Below, in pieces: positions 35,855-48,177 of a stretch of DNA of 64,000 nucleotides. Both the position numbers and the translations under genes were made by a program. The stretch comes from Mobula hypostoma (lineage: Eukaryota), in assembly GCF_963921235.1 (NCBI RefSeq), contig NC_086109.1, forward strand, positions 7,504,001 through 7,568,000, written 5' to 3'. Under the pieces are notes generated by a model. The model had not been told where the DNA came from. It did not search any database and was given only the letters and a program-made list of their open reading frames with translations. Each line of letters begins with the position of its first letter. Position 1 is the first letter of the stretch.

Positions 35855-36620
35855 CGGCCTAAATCCTCACCATTTGGAGTATTGTGTGCAGTTTTGGTCA
35901 CCTACCAATGGGAAAGATATAAATAAGGTTGAAAGAGTGCTGAGAAAATTTGCAAGGATGGTTGCCAGGACTGGAGGACCTGAGTTACATGGGAAGAGTA
36001 AATAAGATAGAACTTTATTCCTTGGAACATAGAATATTGAGGAGAGATTTGTAAAGGTATTGTATATAATATTATGAGGGGAATAGATAGAATAAATGTA
36101 AGCAAACTTTTTCCACTGAGGTTGGGTGGGACTTCAATGAGAAGGCATGGGTTAAGGGTGAATGGTAAAATATTTAAGAGGAACTTGAGGGGGAACTTCT
36201 TCATAGTCATAGTCATACTTTATTGATCCCGGGGGAAATTGGTTTTCCTTACAGTTGCACCATAAATAATAAATAGTAATAAAGCCATAAATAGTTAAAT
36301 AGTAATATGTAAATTATGCCAGGAAATAAGTCCAGGACCCGCCTATTGGCTCAGGGTGTCTGACCCTCCAAGGGAGGAGTTGTAAAGTTTGATGGCCACA
36401 GGGGGCCACTTCATTCAGGGGGTGGTGGGAGTGTGGAATAAACTACCATTAGAAGTGGTGCATACGAGCCCGATTTCATCGTTTAAGAGAAGTTTGGGTA
36501 GGTACATGGATGGCAAGGGAATGAAAGGCTATGGTTCAGGTGCAGGTCAATGGTTCAGCACGGACTAGATGGGTGAAAGGCCTGTTCCTGTGCTGTTGTT
36601 TTCTATGACTATGACTCTAT
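35855..36620 (+). mobile_element. CR1 3' end interrupted by a Rex1 tail at 36203-36401
   Basis: TTTGGAGTATTGTGTGCAGTTTTGGTCACC ... AACTTCTTCA | insert | CTTCATTCAGGGGGTGGTG. Confidence 0.8.
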
Positions 36621-36812
36621 TTGTAAGAAGGACCACAACACTGCCAGTGACCATAAATATCATCTGATTCACTAATTCCCTACAGTGGAAGAAACCTACT
36701 ATTGGTAAATTGGAATATATTATTATATTAATATAAATTTATCCTTTTCACATATATGGTGAAAAGCTCGTATTGCGTACTGTTCATACAGATCAATTCT
36801 CGACACAAACAA

Positions 36813-36972
36813 AACACAGAAAATGCTGGAGGAACTCAGCAGGACCTGACGAAGGCTCCAGGCCTGAAACATTGACTGTTTGTTCTGCCATAGTTGCTGC
36901 CTGATCTAATGAGCTCCTCCAGCATTTTGTGTGTGTTGCTCTGGATTTCCAACATCTGCAGAATCTCTTGTG
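36813..36972. mobile_element. Short fold-back PLE tail
   Basis: AAAATGCTGGAGGAACTCA ... TGAGCTCCTCCAGCATTTT inverted, enclosing CTGACGAAGGCTCCAGGCCTGAAAC. Confidence 0.7.
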
Positions 36973-37349
36973 GTGTTCAATTCACTACATAGTTCATTCA
37001 TAAAACAGTAACGGAATGCAGAATAGAGTGTTACAGTTACAGATAAAGTGCAGTGCAGGCAGACAGTAAGGTGCGAGGCTATAATGAGTTAGACTGTGAG
37101 GTCAGGATTCTATTTAACTGTAGGGGAGTGGGCTTTGGTGGCAAATGGATAGGAACTGTCCTTGAGCCTGGTAGTACGTGCTTTCAGGCTTTTGTACCTC
37201 CGGCCTGAAGAGGCAATGTCCGATGTGGGTGCGGTCTTTGATTATGTTGGCTGCTTTACAGTGGCATCCATACCTGGTCGGTCTTCCTACCCTTGAGTTT
37301 GGAAATTAAATGACTCCTGAAATGGAGCACTCACTTCAAGGGTAATTAT

Positions 37350-37565
37350 GAAGAAGAAGAAAGCCCTTAACTCTTAGCGGAGTCATCGGGACGGCGTCAT
37401 GACAGCGTTTTTTTTTAGCAGGCTTTCTTATTTTACGAGGCCGAGTTGCTAGCTCGACACTCAACCCAACACGGATGGAAAGCGTGCAAGGGAGCCGGCT
37501 GGATTCAAACTCGGGAGCCTTCGCTCCAAAGTCCGGCGCTGATGCCACTACGCCACCAGCCTGCT
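37350..37565 (-). mobile_element. tRNA-headed SINE with (TTC)n tail and 12-bp TSD
   Basis: A box TGGCGTAGTGG; B-box-like GAGTTTGAATCC; TSD AAGGGTAATTAT at 37338-37349 and 37566-37577. Confidence 0.85.
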
Positions 37566-37642
37566 AAGGGTAATTATAGAGGAGCAATAAATGCAGCTGT
37601 GAGACACGCTTCCTAAAAGTGAACACAGAAAACATAGGGTAG

Positions 37643-38570
37643 GAGTCACAGATAAGTACAGCATAGAAACAGGCCCTTCGGCCCATCTAGTTCATGTTGA
37701 ACAGTTTAAACTGCCTACTCCCATTGACCTGCACCGGGATCACAGCCCTCCATCCCCTACCATCCATGTATCTATCTAAACTTCTCTTAAACGTTGAAGT
37801 CGCGCTTGCATGCATCACTTACGCTGGCAGCTCATTCCACACTCTCACCACTATCTGAGTAAAAAAATTTCCCTCATGTTCCCCTTAAACTTCTCACCTT
37901 TCACCCTTAACCCATGATTTCTGGTTGTAGTCCCACCCAACCTCAGTAGAAAAAGCCTGCTTGCATTTACCCGATCTCTACCCTCATAATTTTGTATACC
38001 TCTATCAAATTGCCTCCCAATCTTCTACTATCGAAGGAATAAAGTCCTAACCTATTCAATCTTTCCTTATAATTCAGCTCTTCCAGATCCAGCACCATTC
38101 TTGTAAATTTCATCTGTACTCTTTCAACCTTATTTACATCTTTCCTGTAGGTAGGTGACCAAAGCTGCACACAATACTCCAAATTAGGCCTCACCAATGT
38201 CTTACCAATTTCAACATAACATTCCATGTCCTGTACTCTGATTTATGAAGGCCAAAGTGCCAAATGGTTTCTTTATGACCCTACCTACATGTGATGCCAC
38301 TTTTAAATGAATTATGGACCTGTACTCCCAGATCGCTTTGTTCTACCACACTCCTCAGTTTAAAAACTACCCTGGTAGGTCCTACCGAATGCAACACTCT
38401 AGCAATTGTCGGCATTAAATTCCATCTGCCGGTTTTCTGCTGATTCTTCCAGCTGGTCCAGATCCCTCTGCAAGCCATGATAGTCTTTCTCACTGTTCAC
38501 TACACCCCCAATCTTGGTGTCATCCACAAATTTGCTGATTGAGTTTACCACATTATTATCCAGATCACTG
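37643..38570 (-). mobile_element. CR1 3' part
   Basis: KTLVRPNLEYCVQLWSP; degenerate KFVDDTK near 38510-38535. Confidence 0.85.
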
Positions 38571-38747
38571 ATTAAAGTAGTTTTAACATAAATGTGTGTA
38601 AACTGCTCAGAATGGACTTGATGGACTGAAAGTCCTGTTTCTACGCTGTATCTCTCTGTGACCTTATGACTCTAAATAGTAAAGTTAACTAATTATTGTG
38701 TTTGTTAAAATAAAAGAATGCAGTGTTATTTTTACTTGTTGTTTCAG

Positions 38748-38852
38748 GAGCTGAGGAACTGAAAATGGAAAGCTGCAATCTAACTGTCCAGTTTTCCAAG
38801 ACGCCTACAGTAGAACAACACCGAAACCAATATAGACAGCCTCCTTTTCAAT
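38748..38852 (+). CDS. Candidate host exon, 105 nt, phase 1-1 (or start exon): AEELKMESCNLTVQFSKTPTVEQHRNQYRQPPFQ; gene not recognised
   Basis: TTATTTTTACTTGTTGTTTCAG acceptor; AT|GTAAGC donor; length divisible by 3; only one open frame; AAAATGG Kozak context; unique AT-rich flanks. Confidence 0.45.
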
Positions 38853-39414
38853 GTAAGCACCTTATATTTCACACAATATTATGGAGTATTCCCTAAACCC
38901 TCGTTCGTTGAAATTCATCCAAAAAGTTTGAATTTCTATTGATTCAGATTTAGGGGAGTGGGCTTTGGTGGCAAAAGCAGTTTATATGTGTGGTTCATTT
39001 GTCTTTTCACGGGGTCATTTACAATCAGAAACAAAGTCAGAATAATATTTATTATCACTGATTTAAACGATTAAAGATTAGAATTATGTGTTTATTGAGA
39101 TTCCAACACTTCAAGCCACATCACCTAGCAATCCCTAATTTAAAACTAGCCCAATCACAGGACAATTTACAATGACCAATTAACCTACTAACGGTATGTC
39201 ATTGGACTGTGGGAGGAAACCAGAGCACCTGGAGAAAACCCATGCATTCCACAGGGAGGACGTACAGACTCTTTACAGGTGACGTCGGAATTGAACTCTA
39301 AACTCCGATTCCCCATCCTGTAATGGCACTGCAATAATAGCTATGCTAATGTGGCACACAACTCTGTGTTTCCATTTGCTGTCACACATACATCAAAATA
39401 TACAAGAAATGTGT

Positions 39415-40990
39415 TGTTTAGAGAAGCTGCTTGGGAAACTGAAAGGTCTGAAGGTGGATAAGTCACCTGGACCAGTTGGTCTACACCACAGAGTTCTGAA
39501 AGAGGTGGCTGAAGAGATTGTGGAGTCATTAGTCATGATCTTTCAAGAATCACTAGATTGTGGAATGGTCTCGAAAGACTGGAAAATTGCAAATGTCACT
39601 CCTGTCTTCCAGAAGGGAGAGAGGCAGAAGAAAGGAAACTATAGGCCAGTTAGTCTGACCTCAGTGGTTAGGAAGATGTTGGAGTTGATTATTAAGGATG
39701 AGGTTTCAGGTACTTTGAGGCACATGATAAAATAGGCCGTATTTAGCATGGGTTCCTCAAGGGAAAATCTTGCCTGACAAACCTGTTGGAATTCTTTGAA
39801 GAAACTACAAGCAGAATAGACAAAGAAGAATCAGTTGATGTTGTGTACTTGGATTTTTAGAAGGCATTTGTCAAAGTGCCACACAAGAGGCTGCTTAACA
39901 AGCTACTAGCCCATGGTATTACAGGAAAAATTCTAGTATGGATAAAGCAGTGGCTGATTGGCAGGAGGCAAAGAGTGGGAATAAAGGACATATTTTCTGG
40001 TTATATCCAGAGACCAGTGGTGTTCCACAGGGGTCTGTGTTGGGACTGATTATTTTAACATTATATGAAAATGATTTGGATGATGGAATTGATGGCTTTG
40101 TTGCAAAGCTTGCAGACGATATGAAGATAGGTGGAGGGGCATGTAGTTTTGACAAAGTAGAGAGGCTACAGAAGGACTTAGACCAGTTAGAAGAATGGGA
40201 AAAGGAATGGCAGATGGAATACAGTGTCAGGAAGTGTATGGTCATGCACTTTGGTAGAAGAAATGAAAGAGTTGACTATTTTCTAAATGGAGAGAAAATA
40301 CAAAAAGTTGAGGTGCAAATGGACTTGGTAGTCCTTGTGCAGGATAACCCAAAGGTTAATTTGCAGGTTGACCCTGTGGTGAGGAAGGCAAATGCAATGT
40401 TAGCATTCATTTCAAGAGGACTAGAGTATAAAAGCAAGGATGTAATGTTGAGACTTATAAAGCACTAGTGAGGCCTCATTTGGAATGTTGTGAGCAGTTC
40501 TGGGTCCCCCTTAGAAAGGATGTGCTGAAACTGGATGGGGTTCAAAGAAGGTTCATTAAAATGATTGCAGGATTAAATGACTTGTCAATGAATTAGCTTG
40601 TATTCACTAGAACTCAGAAGAATGAAGGGGGATCTCACTGAAACCTTTCAGATGCTGAAAGGCCTTGGTAGAGAGGATGTTTCCTATGGTGGGGAGGGTC
40701 TAAGACCAGAGGGTACAGCCTCAGAATAGAGGGATGTCCTTTTGGAACAGAGATGAGGAGGAATTTCTTTAGCCTGAGAGTGGTGGGTCTGTGGAACTCG
40801 TTGCTGCAGGGAGCTGTGGAGGCCAAGTCTGAGGCAGAGTTTGATAGATTCCTGATTGGTCAGGGCATGAAGAGATACGAGGAGAAGGCAGGAGACTGGG
40901 GCTGAGAGGAAAATTGGATCAGCCATGATGAAATGGCAGAGCAGACTTGATAGGCCAAATAGCCCAATTCTGCTCCTATGTCTTATGGTT
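39415..40990 (+). mobile_element. CR1 RT + 3' end, decayed
   Basis: [25 protein letters not shown] with several frameshifts. Confidence 0.9.
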
Positions 40991-41754
40991 TGCATCAACA
41001 ACCAACACGGTCCAAGGATTGTGCTGGAAATGGTGAAACCTGCAGTTTTTACAGCAGCAGTACAGTGCAATGACAGAAATAATCCTATAATTTACAAAAT
41101 AAATAAGTAGTACAAAGAAGAAAAGTGTTCATGGGCTCATGGGTCATTCGGAAATCTGATGGCAGGGGTGAATAAACTGTTCCTGAGTCATTAAATGTGG
41201 GTCTTCAGACTCCTGCACCTTCTCCCTAAGACGAGGGCATGTCCTGGGTGGTGGGTCTCCCTTAGTGATAGACGTCACCTGCTTGAGCATCACCTCTTGA
41301 AGATGCCCCCGTTGATTGTGCCCCTGATGGAGGTGACTGGGTCTCCAACCTTTTGCAGCTTTTAAAGACCCTGTGCATTGGAGGTACCATAGCAGACTGT
41401 GATGTAACCCATTCGAACACCCTCTAAGGTGCAATATAGAGTCTTTTGTAGCATTCCAATTTCCTTCAATTCCAGACGAAGTAGAACAAGTCCAAAAAGG
41501 GATGAGGACAGATTTCCTCTCCGAAGAGCATTAATGAAGCAGATGACTTTAAAAATATCATAACCAGTATCAGTAACGAATACTAACTGAATTTAAACTG
41601 TAAGACTCAAACTTTAGTGGTGGCATTATCAGCCCTGGTTTCAGAGGCTTTGGCCTAGCAACTTGGCCACCATACAGCCATGCTTGAGAGAAACTTGTCT
41701 GAAAAGGACATTAAAACCTAAAAGAATAGAATCGACCCTAGAATAGAATAGAAT

Positions 41755-42435
41755 TGAAGGAGGAGAAGATGGTGGTGCGACGGCAGCACGTGTGGCCTCT
41801 CCGGTGAATGATATCCGTAATCTGTTAAGTAGGGGACCGTGCACAATTCTGATTTGATGGAGACGGACTTGAGAGCACGGAGGAACATCTGGAAAACTTC
41901 TGAAATGCCCGCTTCGCTGCCGCTGCTACTGTGTGGTAACCGGAATCTCCGGAGCAGAGGGCCCCAAATCCTCGGCTTTCCTTGTTTCAGCGGCCAGAGC
42001 TAGGTCAAAGGCACTTGGCAGAGGATGGTGCTTGAGAGGCTGCATCGGAGGGGCTGGTCAGAGGCTCCAAGTTTTAGGACGGACGGAGTCAGTGTCGGCT
42101 GTGGTCGGCTGCTTCCAAGGCATCGGCAAGTTGACGGTACCTGGAGGTTTATGGCTGGAAGTTTCTCCCTTTTGCCGCCGCTATGGGGGACTCGGGAGTT
42201 GATCGACTCAGGGACTTTGAGACTTTTTTTACCGTGCCCATGGTTTGTTCTTCATCAAATTATGGTATCGCTTTGCACTGCTGTAACTATATGTTATAAT
42301 TATGTGGTTCCGTCAGCGTTAGTCTTTGGTTTGTCCTGTTTTCTGTAATATCACTCCGGAGAAACATTGTATCATTTCTTAATGCATGTAGCATTTCTAA
42401 ATGACAATAAAAGAGGACTGAGTGTTCTCATAATC
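41755..42435 (+). mobile_element. CpG-rich non-autonomous element starting GAGAAGATGGTGG with a LINE-like AATAAA tail (unclassified)
   Basis: GC/CpG-rich 5' half, T-rich 3' half, ends AAATGACAATAAAAGAGG; no credible ORF. Confidence 0.5.
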
Positions 42436-43694
42436 TATGACACTGCTCTGTCATTCGCCAAGATCAAGTCCAGTCAAAGCCAAGATGAAATCAAAGCTTC
42501 TCGCTGCTGCTGTCAGGAAGCGTGTACAGGAGACTTGGGACTCACACTACCAGGTTGAAGAACAGGTATTACCTCTCATCGCTCAGGCTCTTGAATTAAA
42601 GGAGAAACTTCACTCATTCCAACAGTGAACCTATGGATTCACTTTCAAGGAGTCTTCATCTCATGTTCTCAATATTTATTGCTTAATTATTTATTATTTT
42701 TTTTTGTATTTGAACAGTTTGTTCTCTTTTGCACATTGGTTGATTATCTGACTTTGTATGCAGTTTTTCCTTGATGCTATTGTGTTTCTTTGTAATTACT
42801 GTGATTGTCCTCAAGAAAATGAATCTCAGGGCTGTGTATGGTGGCACATATGTATTTTGATACTCAACTTACTTTGAACTTTGAATGTCAAGTTTATTGT
42901 CATATGCACAAGAACGTTTCTGCACAGGGACAATGAAAGATCAATTATCATATCAAAGTCAACAGCACAAAGAGGTGAAGAAATGTAACAGCTCTTGATG
43001 AGTAGAAGCCAAGATATAAAACAAGCAGAAATCTGGAAGAATTACTGAAAAATCTTTACCCGTGTAGTCACTATTCTTCCAGACCCCAACAAGCTTTCTT
43101 TTTCGTATTTGCAGAGTTTGGTGTCTTCTGCACGCTGGATGATCACTCAAGTTGGCCGGTCTTTCATTGATTCTGTTATGGCTCTATAGGTTTATTGAGT
43201 ATGGCCACAAGGGAATAAAAATCTCGGGGTTGTGCACGTTGACATTCATGTACTTTGAGAATGAATACTATGAATGTTGAAAGATACTCTCTGTATTGTA
43301 AACACAGGAATTCTTGGGACTGAGAATGAGAAATGGTTTAGACTTGCTTTCAAGTTTAACACGCCAGGTGGGAATTGTTTCCATTCTGTCCCCAGTGGAA
43401 TGTGGACTTGGTAGACAATGATATTTCAGAAATAACGCTAAGACACTAATCTCTTTTATGATGTGTCGTCTGGATCATAACTTCTTGTCAAGCACTGTTG
43501 GCTGATGTACTGTTGATGAGTTAGGAAAGTGCAAACTGATTATGTTATCTAAATTAGCCGTGGCATTTTGAGGACAAATTGTACAGAGATTTTGCCCTGT
43601 ATCTGGTATGTGGTTATTAGCTTGCTACAGCAGGATTGAAAAATGATCAGACTCTCTGCTTTTAAACATGGTGATCAATGAATGACAACATACA

Positions 43695-44270
43695 AACAGT
43701 GCCCACCTTATTTCGTAAAAAGGAGTGGAACCCCATGTAGTCTTCTGCTGCTTTAGCCCATCTACTTCAAAGTCTGATGTATTGTGTGCTCAGAGATTCT
43801 CTTCTGTACACCACTGCTGTAACACACGGTTATTTGAGTTACTGTCACCTCCCTGTCAGCTTGAACCAGTCTGGCCATTCTCCTCTGACCTCTCTCATTA
43901 ACAAGGCATTTTCACCCACAGAATTTCCGCTTGGTGGATGGTTTTTTAAATCTTTTCTGCACCATTCTCTGCAGCAGGGGTTCCCAACCTGTGGTCCACA
44001 GACCTCTAATTAACGATCGGGTTCCATGATATAAAAAAGGTTGGGAACCCCTGCACTAGAGACTGTTGTGCGTGAAAATCCCCAGGAGATCAGTAGCTTT
44101 TGAGATACTCAAATCACCCTGTCTGGCACCAACAATCATTCCATGGTCAAAGTCACTTAGATCACATTTCTTCCCCATTCTGATGTTTGGTCTAAACTTC
44201 ATGACCATGTCTGCATTCTTTTATGCATTTCGTTATTGCCACATGTTTGGCTCATTGGATATTTACATTT
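43695..44270 (-). mobile_element. Tc1-derived non-autonomous element (reverse)
   Basis: Reverse complement of the family sequence, e.g. AGTCACTTAGATCACATTTCTTCCCCAT. Confidence 0.8.
43975..44053. mobile_element. 79-bp hAT-type MITE nested in the Tc1-derived element
   Basis: Perfect 16-bp TIRs CAGGGGTTCCCAACCT / AGGTTGGGAACCCCTG; degenerate 8-bp flanks CTCTGCAG / CACTAGAG. Confidence 0.8.
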
Positions 44271-44589
44271 TTATGGTGGAAATGTTCAGAGAATATCTAC
44301 AGTCCATTCTTGGAGGCTGGAGGCCAAAGGTGGCCTGTGCTGGGGTTAGAGGGCAGTGTACGTGCATGGGTGTCGGTGGGAGGGAGGAATGTGGCTTCTT
44401 TTGTTGTCGTTGCTTTGTTTCTTGTTATGTTCTGCTGAGACTTGTGGGCGTGGTATGCGTGGCAGCAGAATGTGTAGTGACACTTGTGGTCTGCCCCCAG
44501 CACGTCCCTGGACTGTGTTGGTTGTTGATGCAAGCGACACATTTTACTGGATGTTTCAATGTACCATGTGCTAAATAAATCTGAATCTG

Positions 44590-46767
44590 AAGCTGGCCAG
44601 AGTTGACTGGAAAGATACCCTAGCAGGGATGACAGTGGAACAACAATGGCAGGTATTTCTGGGAATAATACAGAAGGTGCAGGATCAGTTCATTCCAAAG
44701 AGGAAGAAAGATTCTAAGGGGAGTAAGGGGCGATCGTGGCTGACAAGGGAAGTCAAAGACAGTATAAAAATAAAAGAGAAGAAGTATAACAGAGCAAAGA
44801 TGAGCGGGAAGTCAGAGGTTGGGAAACTTTTAAAGAGCAACAGAGGATAACTAAAAAGGCAATATGGGGAAAAAAGATGAGATACGAAGGCAAGCTAGCC
44901 AAGAATATAAAGGAGGATAGTAAAAGCTTCTTTAGATATGTGAAGAGGAAAAAATTAGTTAAGACCAAAGTTGGGCCCTTTGGACAGAAACAGGTGAATT
45001 TATTATGGGGAACAAGGAAATGGCAGACGAGTTGAACAGGTACTTTGGATCTGTCTTCACTAGGGAAGACACAAACAATCTCCCAGATGTAATAATGGCC
45101 GGAGGACCTAGGGTAACGGAGGAACTGAAGGAAATTTGCATCAGGCACAAAATGGTGTTGGATAGACTGATGGGACTGAAGGCTGATAAATCACCAGGGT
45201 CTGATGGTCTGCACCCCAGGGTACTTAAGGAGGTGGCTCTAGAAATCGTGGATGCATTGGTAATCATTTTCCAATGTTCTATAGATTCAGGATCAATTCT
45301 TGAGGATGGGAGGGTAGCTAATGTTATCCCACTTTTTAAGAAAGGCGGGAGAGAGAAAACAGGCAATTATAGACCAGTTAGCCTGACATCAGCGGTGGGG
45401 AAGATGCTGGAGTCAATTATAAAGGATGAAATAGCGGCATATCTGGATAGCAATAACAGGATCGGTCCAAGTCAGCATGGATTTACGAAGGGAAAATCAT
45501 GCTTGACTAATCTTCTGGAATTTTTTGAAGATGTAACTATGAAAATGGACAAGGGAGAGCCAGTGGATGTAGTGTATCTGGACTTTCAGAAAGCCTTTGA
45601 TAAGGTCCCACATAGGAGATTAGTGGGCAAAATTAGAGCACATGGTATTGGGGGTAGGGTACTGACATGGATAGAAAATTGGTTGGCAGACAGGAAACAA
45701 AGAATAGGGATTAACGGATCCCTTTCAGAATGGCAGGCAGTGACTAGTGGGGTACTGCAAGGCTCGGTGCTGGGACCGCAGCTATTTACAATATACATTA
45801 ATGATTTAGATGAAGGGATTAAATGTAACATTAGCAAATTTGCAGACAACACAAAGCTGGGTGGCAATGTGAAATGTGCGGAGGATGTCATGATAATGCA
45901 GAATGATTTGGACAGGTTGGGTGAGTGGGCAGATGCAGTTTAATGTAGATAAATGTGAGGTTATCCACTTTGGTGGCAAGAACAGGAAGGCAGATTACTA
46001 TTTGAATGGTGTCAAGTTAGGAAAAGGGGAAGTACAACAAGATCTGGGTGTCCTTGTTCATCAGTCACTGAAAGTAAGCAAGCAGGTACAGTAGGCAGTG
46101 AACAAAGCTAATGGCTTATTGGCCTTCATAACAAAGGGAGTTGAGTATAGGAGCAAAGAGGTCCTTCTGCAGTTGTACAGGGCCCTGGTGAGACTACACC
46201 TAGAATATTGTGTATGGTTTTGGTCTCCAAATTTGAGGAAGGACATTCTTGTTATTGAGGGAGTGCAGCATAGGTTCACGAGGTTAATTCCCGGGATGGC
46301 GGGACTGTCATATGTCGAAAGATTGGAGATACTGGGCTTGTATACACTGGAATTTAGAAGGATGAGAGGGGATCTGATTGAAACATATAAGATTATTAAG
46401 GGATTGGACACGCTGGAGGCAGGAAGCATGTTCCCGATGTTGGGTGAGTCCAGAACCAGAGGCCACAGTTTAAGAATAAAGGGTAGGCCATTTAGAATGG
46501 AGTTGAGGAAAAACTTTTTCACCCACAGAGTGGTGGATATATGGAATGCTCTGCCTCAGAAGGCTGTGGAGGCCAATTCTCCGGATGCTTTCAAGAAAGA
46601 GTTAGATAGAGCTCTTAAAGATAGTGGAGTCAAGGGATATGGGGAGAAGGCAGGAACAGGGTACTGATTGTGGATGATCAGCCATGATCACAGTGAATGG
46701 CAGTGCAGGCTCGAAGGGCCAAATGGCCTACTCCTGCACATAATGTTTATTGTCTATTGTCTATTGA
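44590..46767 (+). mobile_element. CR1 LINE, 5'-truncated ORF2, (TATTGTC)n tail
   Basis: 312-aa RT ORF at 45005-45943 (YLDFQKAFDKV, QGSVLGP, KFADNTK) plus C-terminal ORF at 46098-46667. Confidence 0.95.
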
Positions 46768-46774
46768 ATCTGAT

Positions 46775-47115
46775 AAATATTCCCACTCATGTACCTATCC
46801 AAACTCCTCTTCAACATTGTAATCGAATCCAACACTTCCACTGGCAGCTGGGGACACACTTGCTCCACCCTCTGAGTGAAGAAGTTCCCTCTCAGGTTGC
46901 CCTTAAATATTTCACCTTTCACCCTTAATCTATGACCTCTAGTTCTAGTCTCAACTAGCAGTAGTGGATCTTGCATCTAGTTTACATAGTTTGTTATCCT
47001 CTATCAAAACTCCCCTTATTCTCCTATGCTCCAGTGAATAAAGTCCTAACCTGTTGAACCTTTCCCTTTCAGTTACATCCTCAAGTCCAGGCAGCATCCT
47101 TGTAAACTTGCTCAG
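46775..47115 (-). mobile_element. CR1 3' fragment
   Basis: TRTRGHRLRVKGEIFKGNLRGNFFTQRV. Confidence 0.75.
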
Positions 47116-47628
47116 TATTTTTCCTTCTGCCGTGCAGCACAGTAACAGGGCATTCCGGCCTGACGAGCCCACACTGCCCAGTTACGCCAATGTGACCAAT
47201 TAACCTACTAGCCTGTATGCCTTTGGGATGTGGGAGGACAGCGGAGCACCCGGAGGAAACCCACGCGGCCACGGGGAGAATGTACAAACTCCTCGCAGAC
47301 AGCTGTGGGAACTGAGAGCATGCGCTAATTGCAATGCTGCCGTGCGTACTCTTTCAATCGTTGATATCCTGATCTCAGACCCACTTCATTCCCGTCTGAT
47401 GCTCCGTGAACCATTCTGAACATTTCCGCTGTTTACCCGCGACATTTTAATAACCCGCACAGAGAACCGTATGTCAGCTGCTCTCTTCAGCCCTCACACC
47501 CCCCACCCCTGCTCAACAGCTTTGTGCTCTTTGAAAACTGTGGCTTTGGCTACACTTGAGCATCGTTAAACTTAAATGGATTATTTGCTCCTGCCATAAC
47601 AGGAACTGAACAACAACATAATTTTACT

Positions 47629-47877
47629 TAAGACCATAAGACCATAAGGTAAAGGAGCAGAAGTCGGCCATTCAGCCCATCGAGTCTGCTCCGCCATTTT
47701 ATCATGAGCTGATCCATTCTCCCATTTAGTCCCACTCCCCCGCCTTCTCACCACAACCTTTGATGCCCTGGCTACTCAGATACCTATCAATCTCTGCCTT
47801 AAATACACCCAATGACTTGGCCTCCACTGCTGCTCGTGGCAACAAATTCCATAGATTCACCACCCTCTGACTAAAAT
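47629..47877 (-). mobile_element. Young CR1 3' terminus, same subfamily as 2090-5072
   Basis: Near-identical reverse complement of about 4820-5068. Confidence 0.9.
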
Positions 47878-48073
47878 CTAATTTCACAAAGCTTTCACCA
47901 ATCTAATTTCTCCATTTGCCTTAGAACTTGTTATGCTCAAACAATTGTGGTAATCCTGAATCTGCATGTAAAAGATATTATACCTGTGTTGTTATTAAAT
48001 AAATAACTTTCTGTTGCTAGGTTTCCTTACCTTCATGTTCATCTATCTTGTGGGTGTTTTCTACCTTGAACTA

Positions 48074-48177
48074 CCAATCTGTTGCTATGGCAACATACAC
48101 TTATTTCCTTTGAGTGGTTCCACCACGAAGTGACTGTTCTGATTGGGAGAAGCACCTCAAAGTCCGCAGATTGGCTG
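48074..48177. promoter_or_regulatory. RFX X-box plus three CCAAT boxes
   Basis: GTTGCTATGGCAAC at 48081-48094; CCAAT at 48074; ATTGG at 48142 and 48170 (CAGATTGGCTG); non-repeat context. Confidence 0.5.

Noticed and set aside
37490..37565. tRNA gene
   Set aside because: It is the head of a TSD-flanked SINE and lacks a proper acceptor stem.
41760..42210. CpG-island promoter
   Set aside because: The CpG-rich part runs into a LINE-like tail, which fits a young non-autonomous element better.
43396..43605. Small plus-strand exon candidates (15 nt and 48 nt)
   Set aside because: Each has one weak splice site and nothing independent supports them.
47925..47949. 25-nt plus-strand exon candidate
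   Set aside because: Weak donor; indistinguishable from chance AG..GT pairs.
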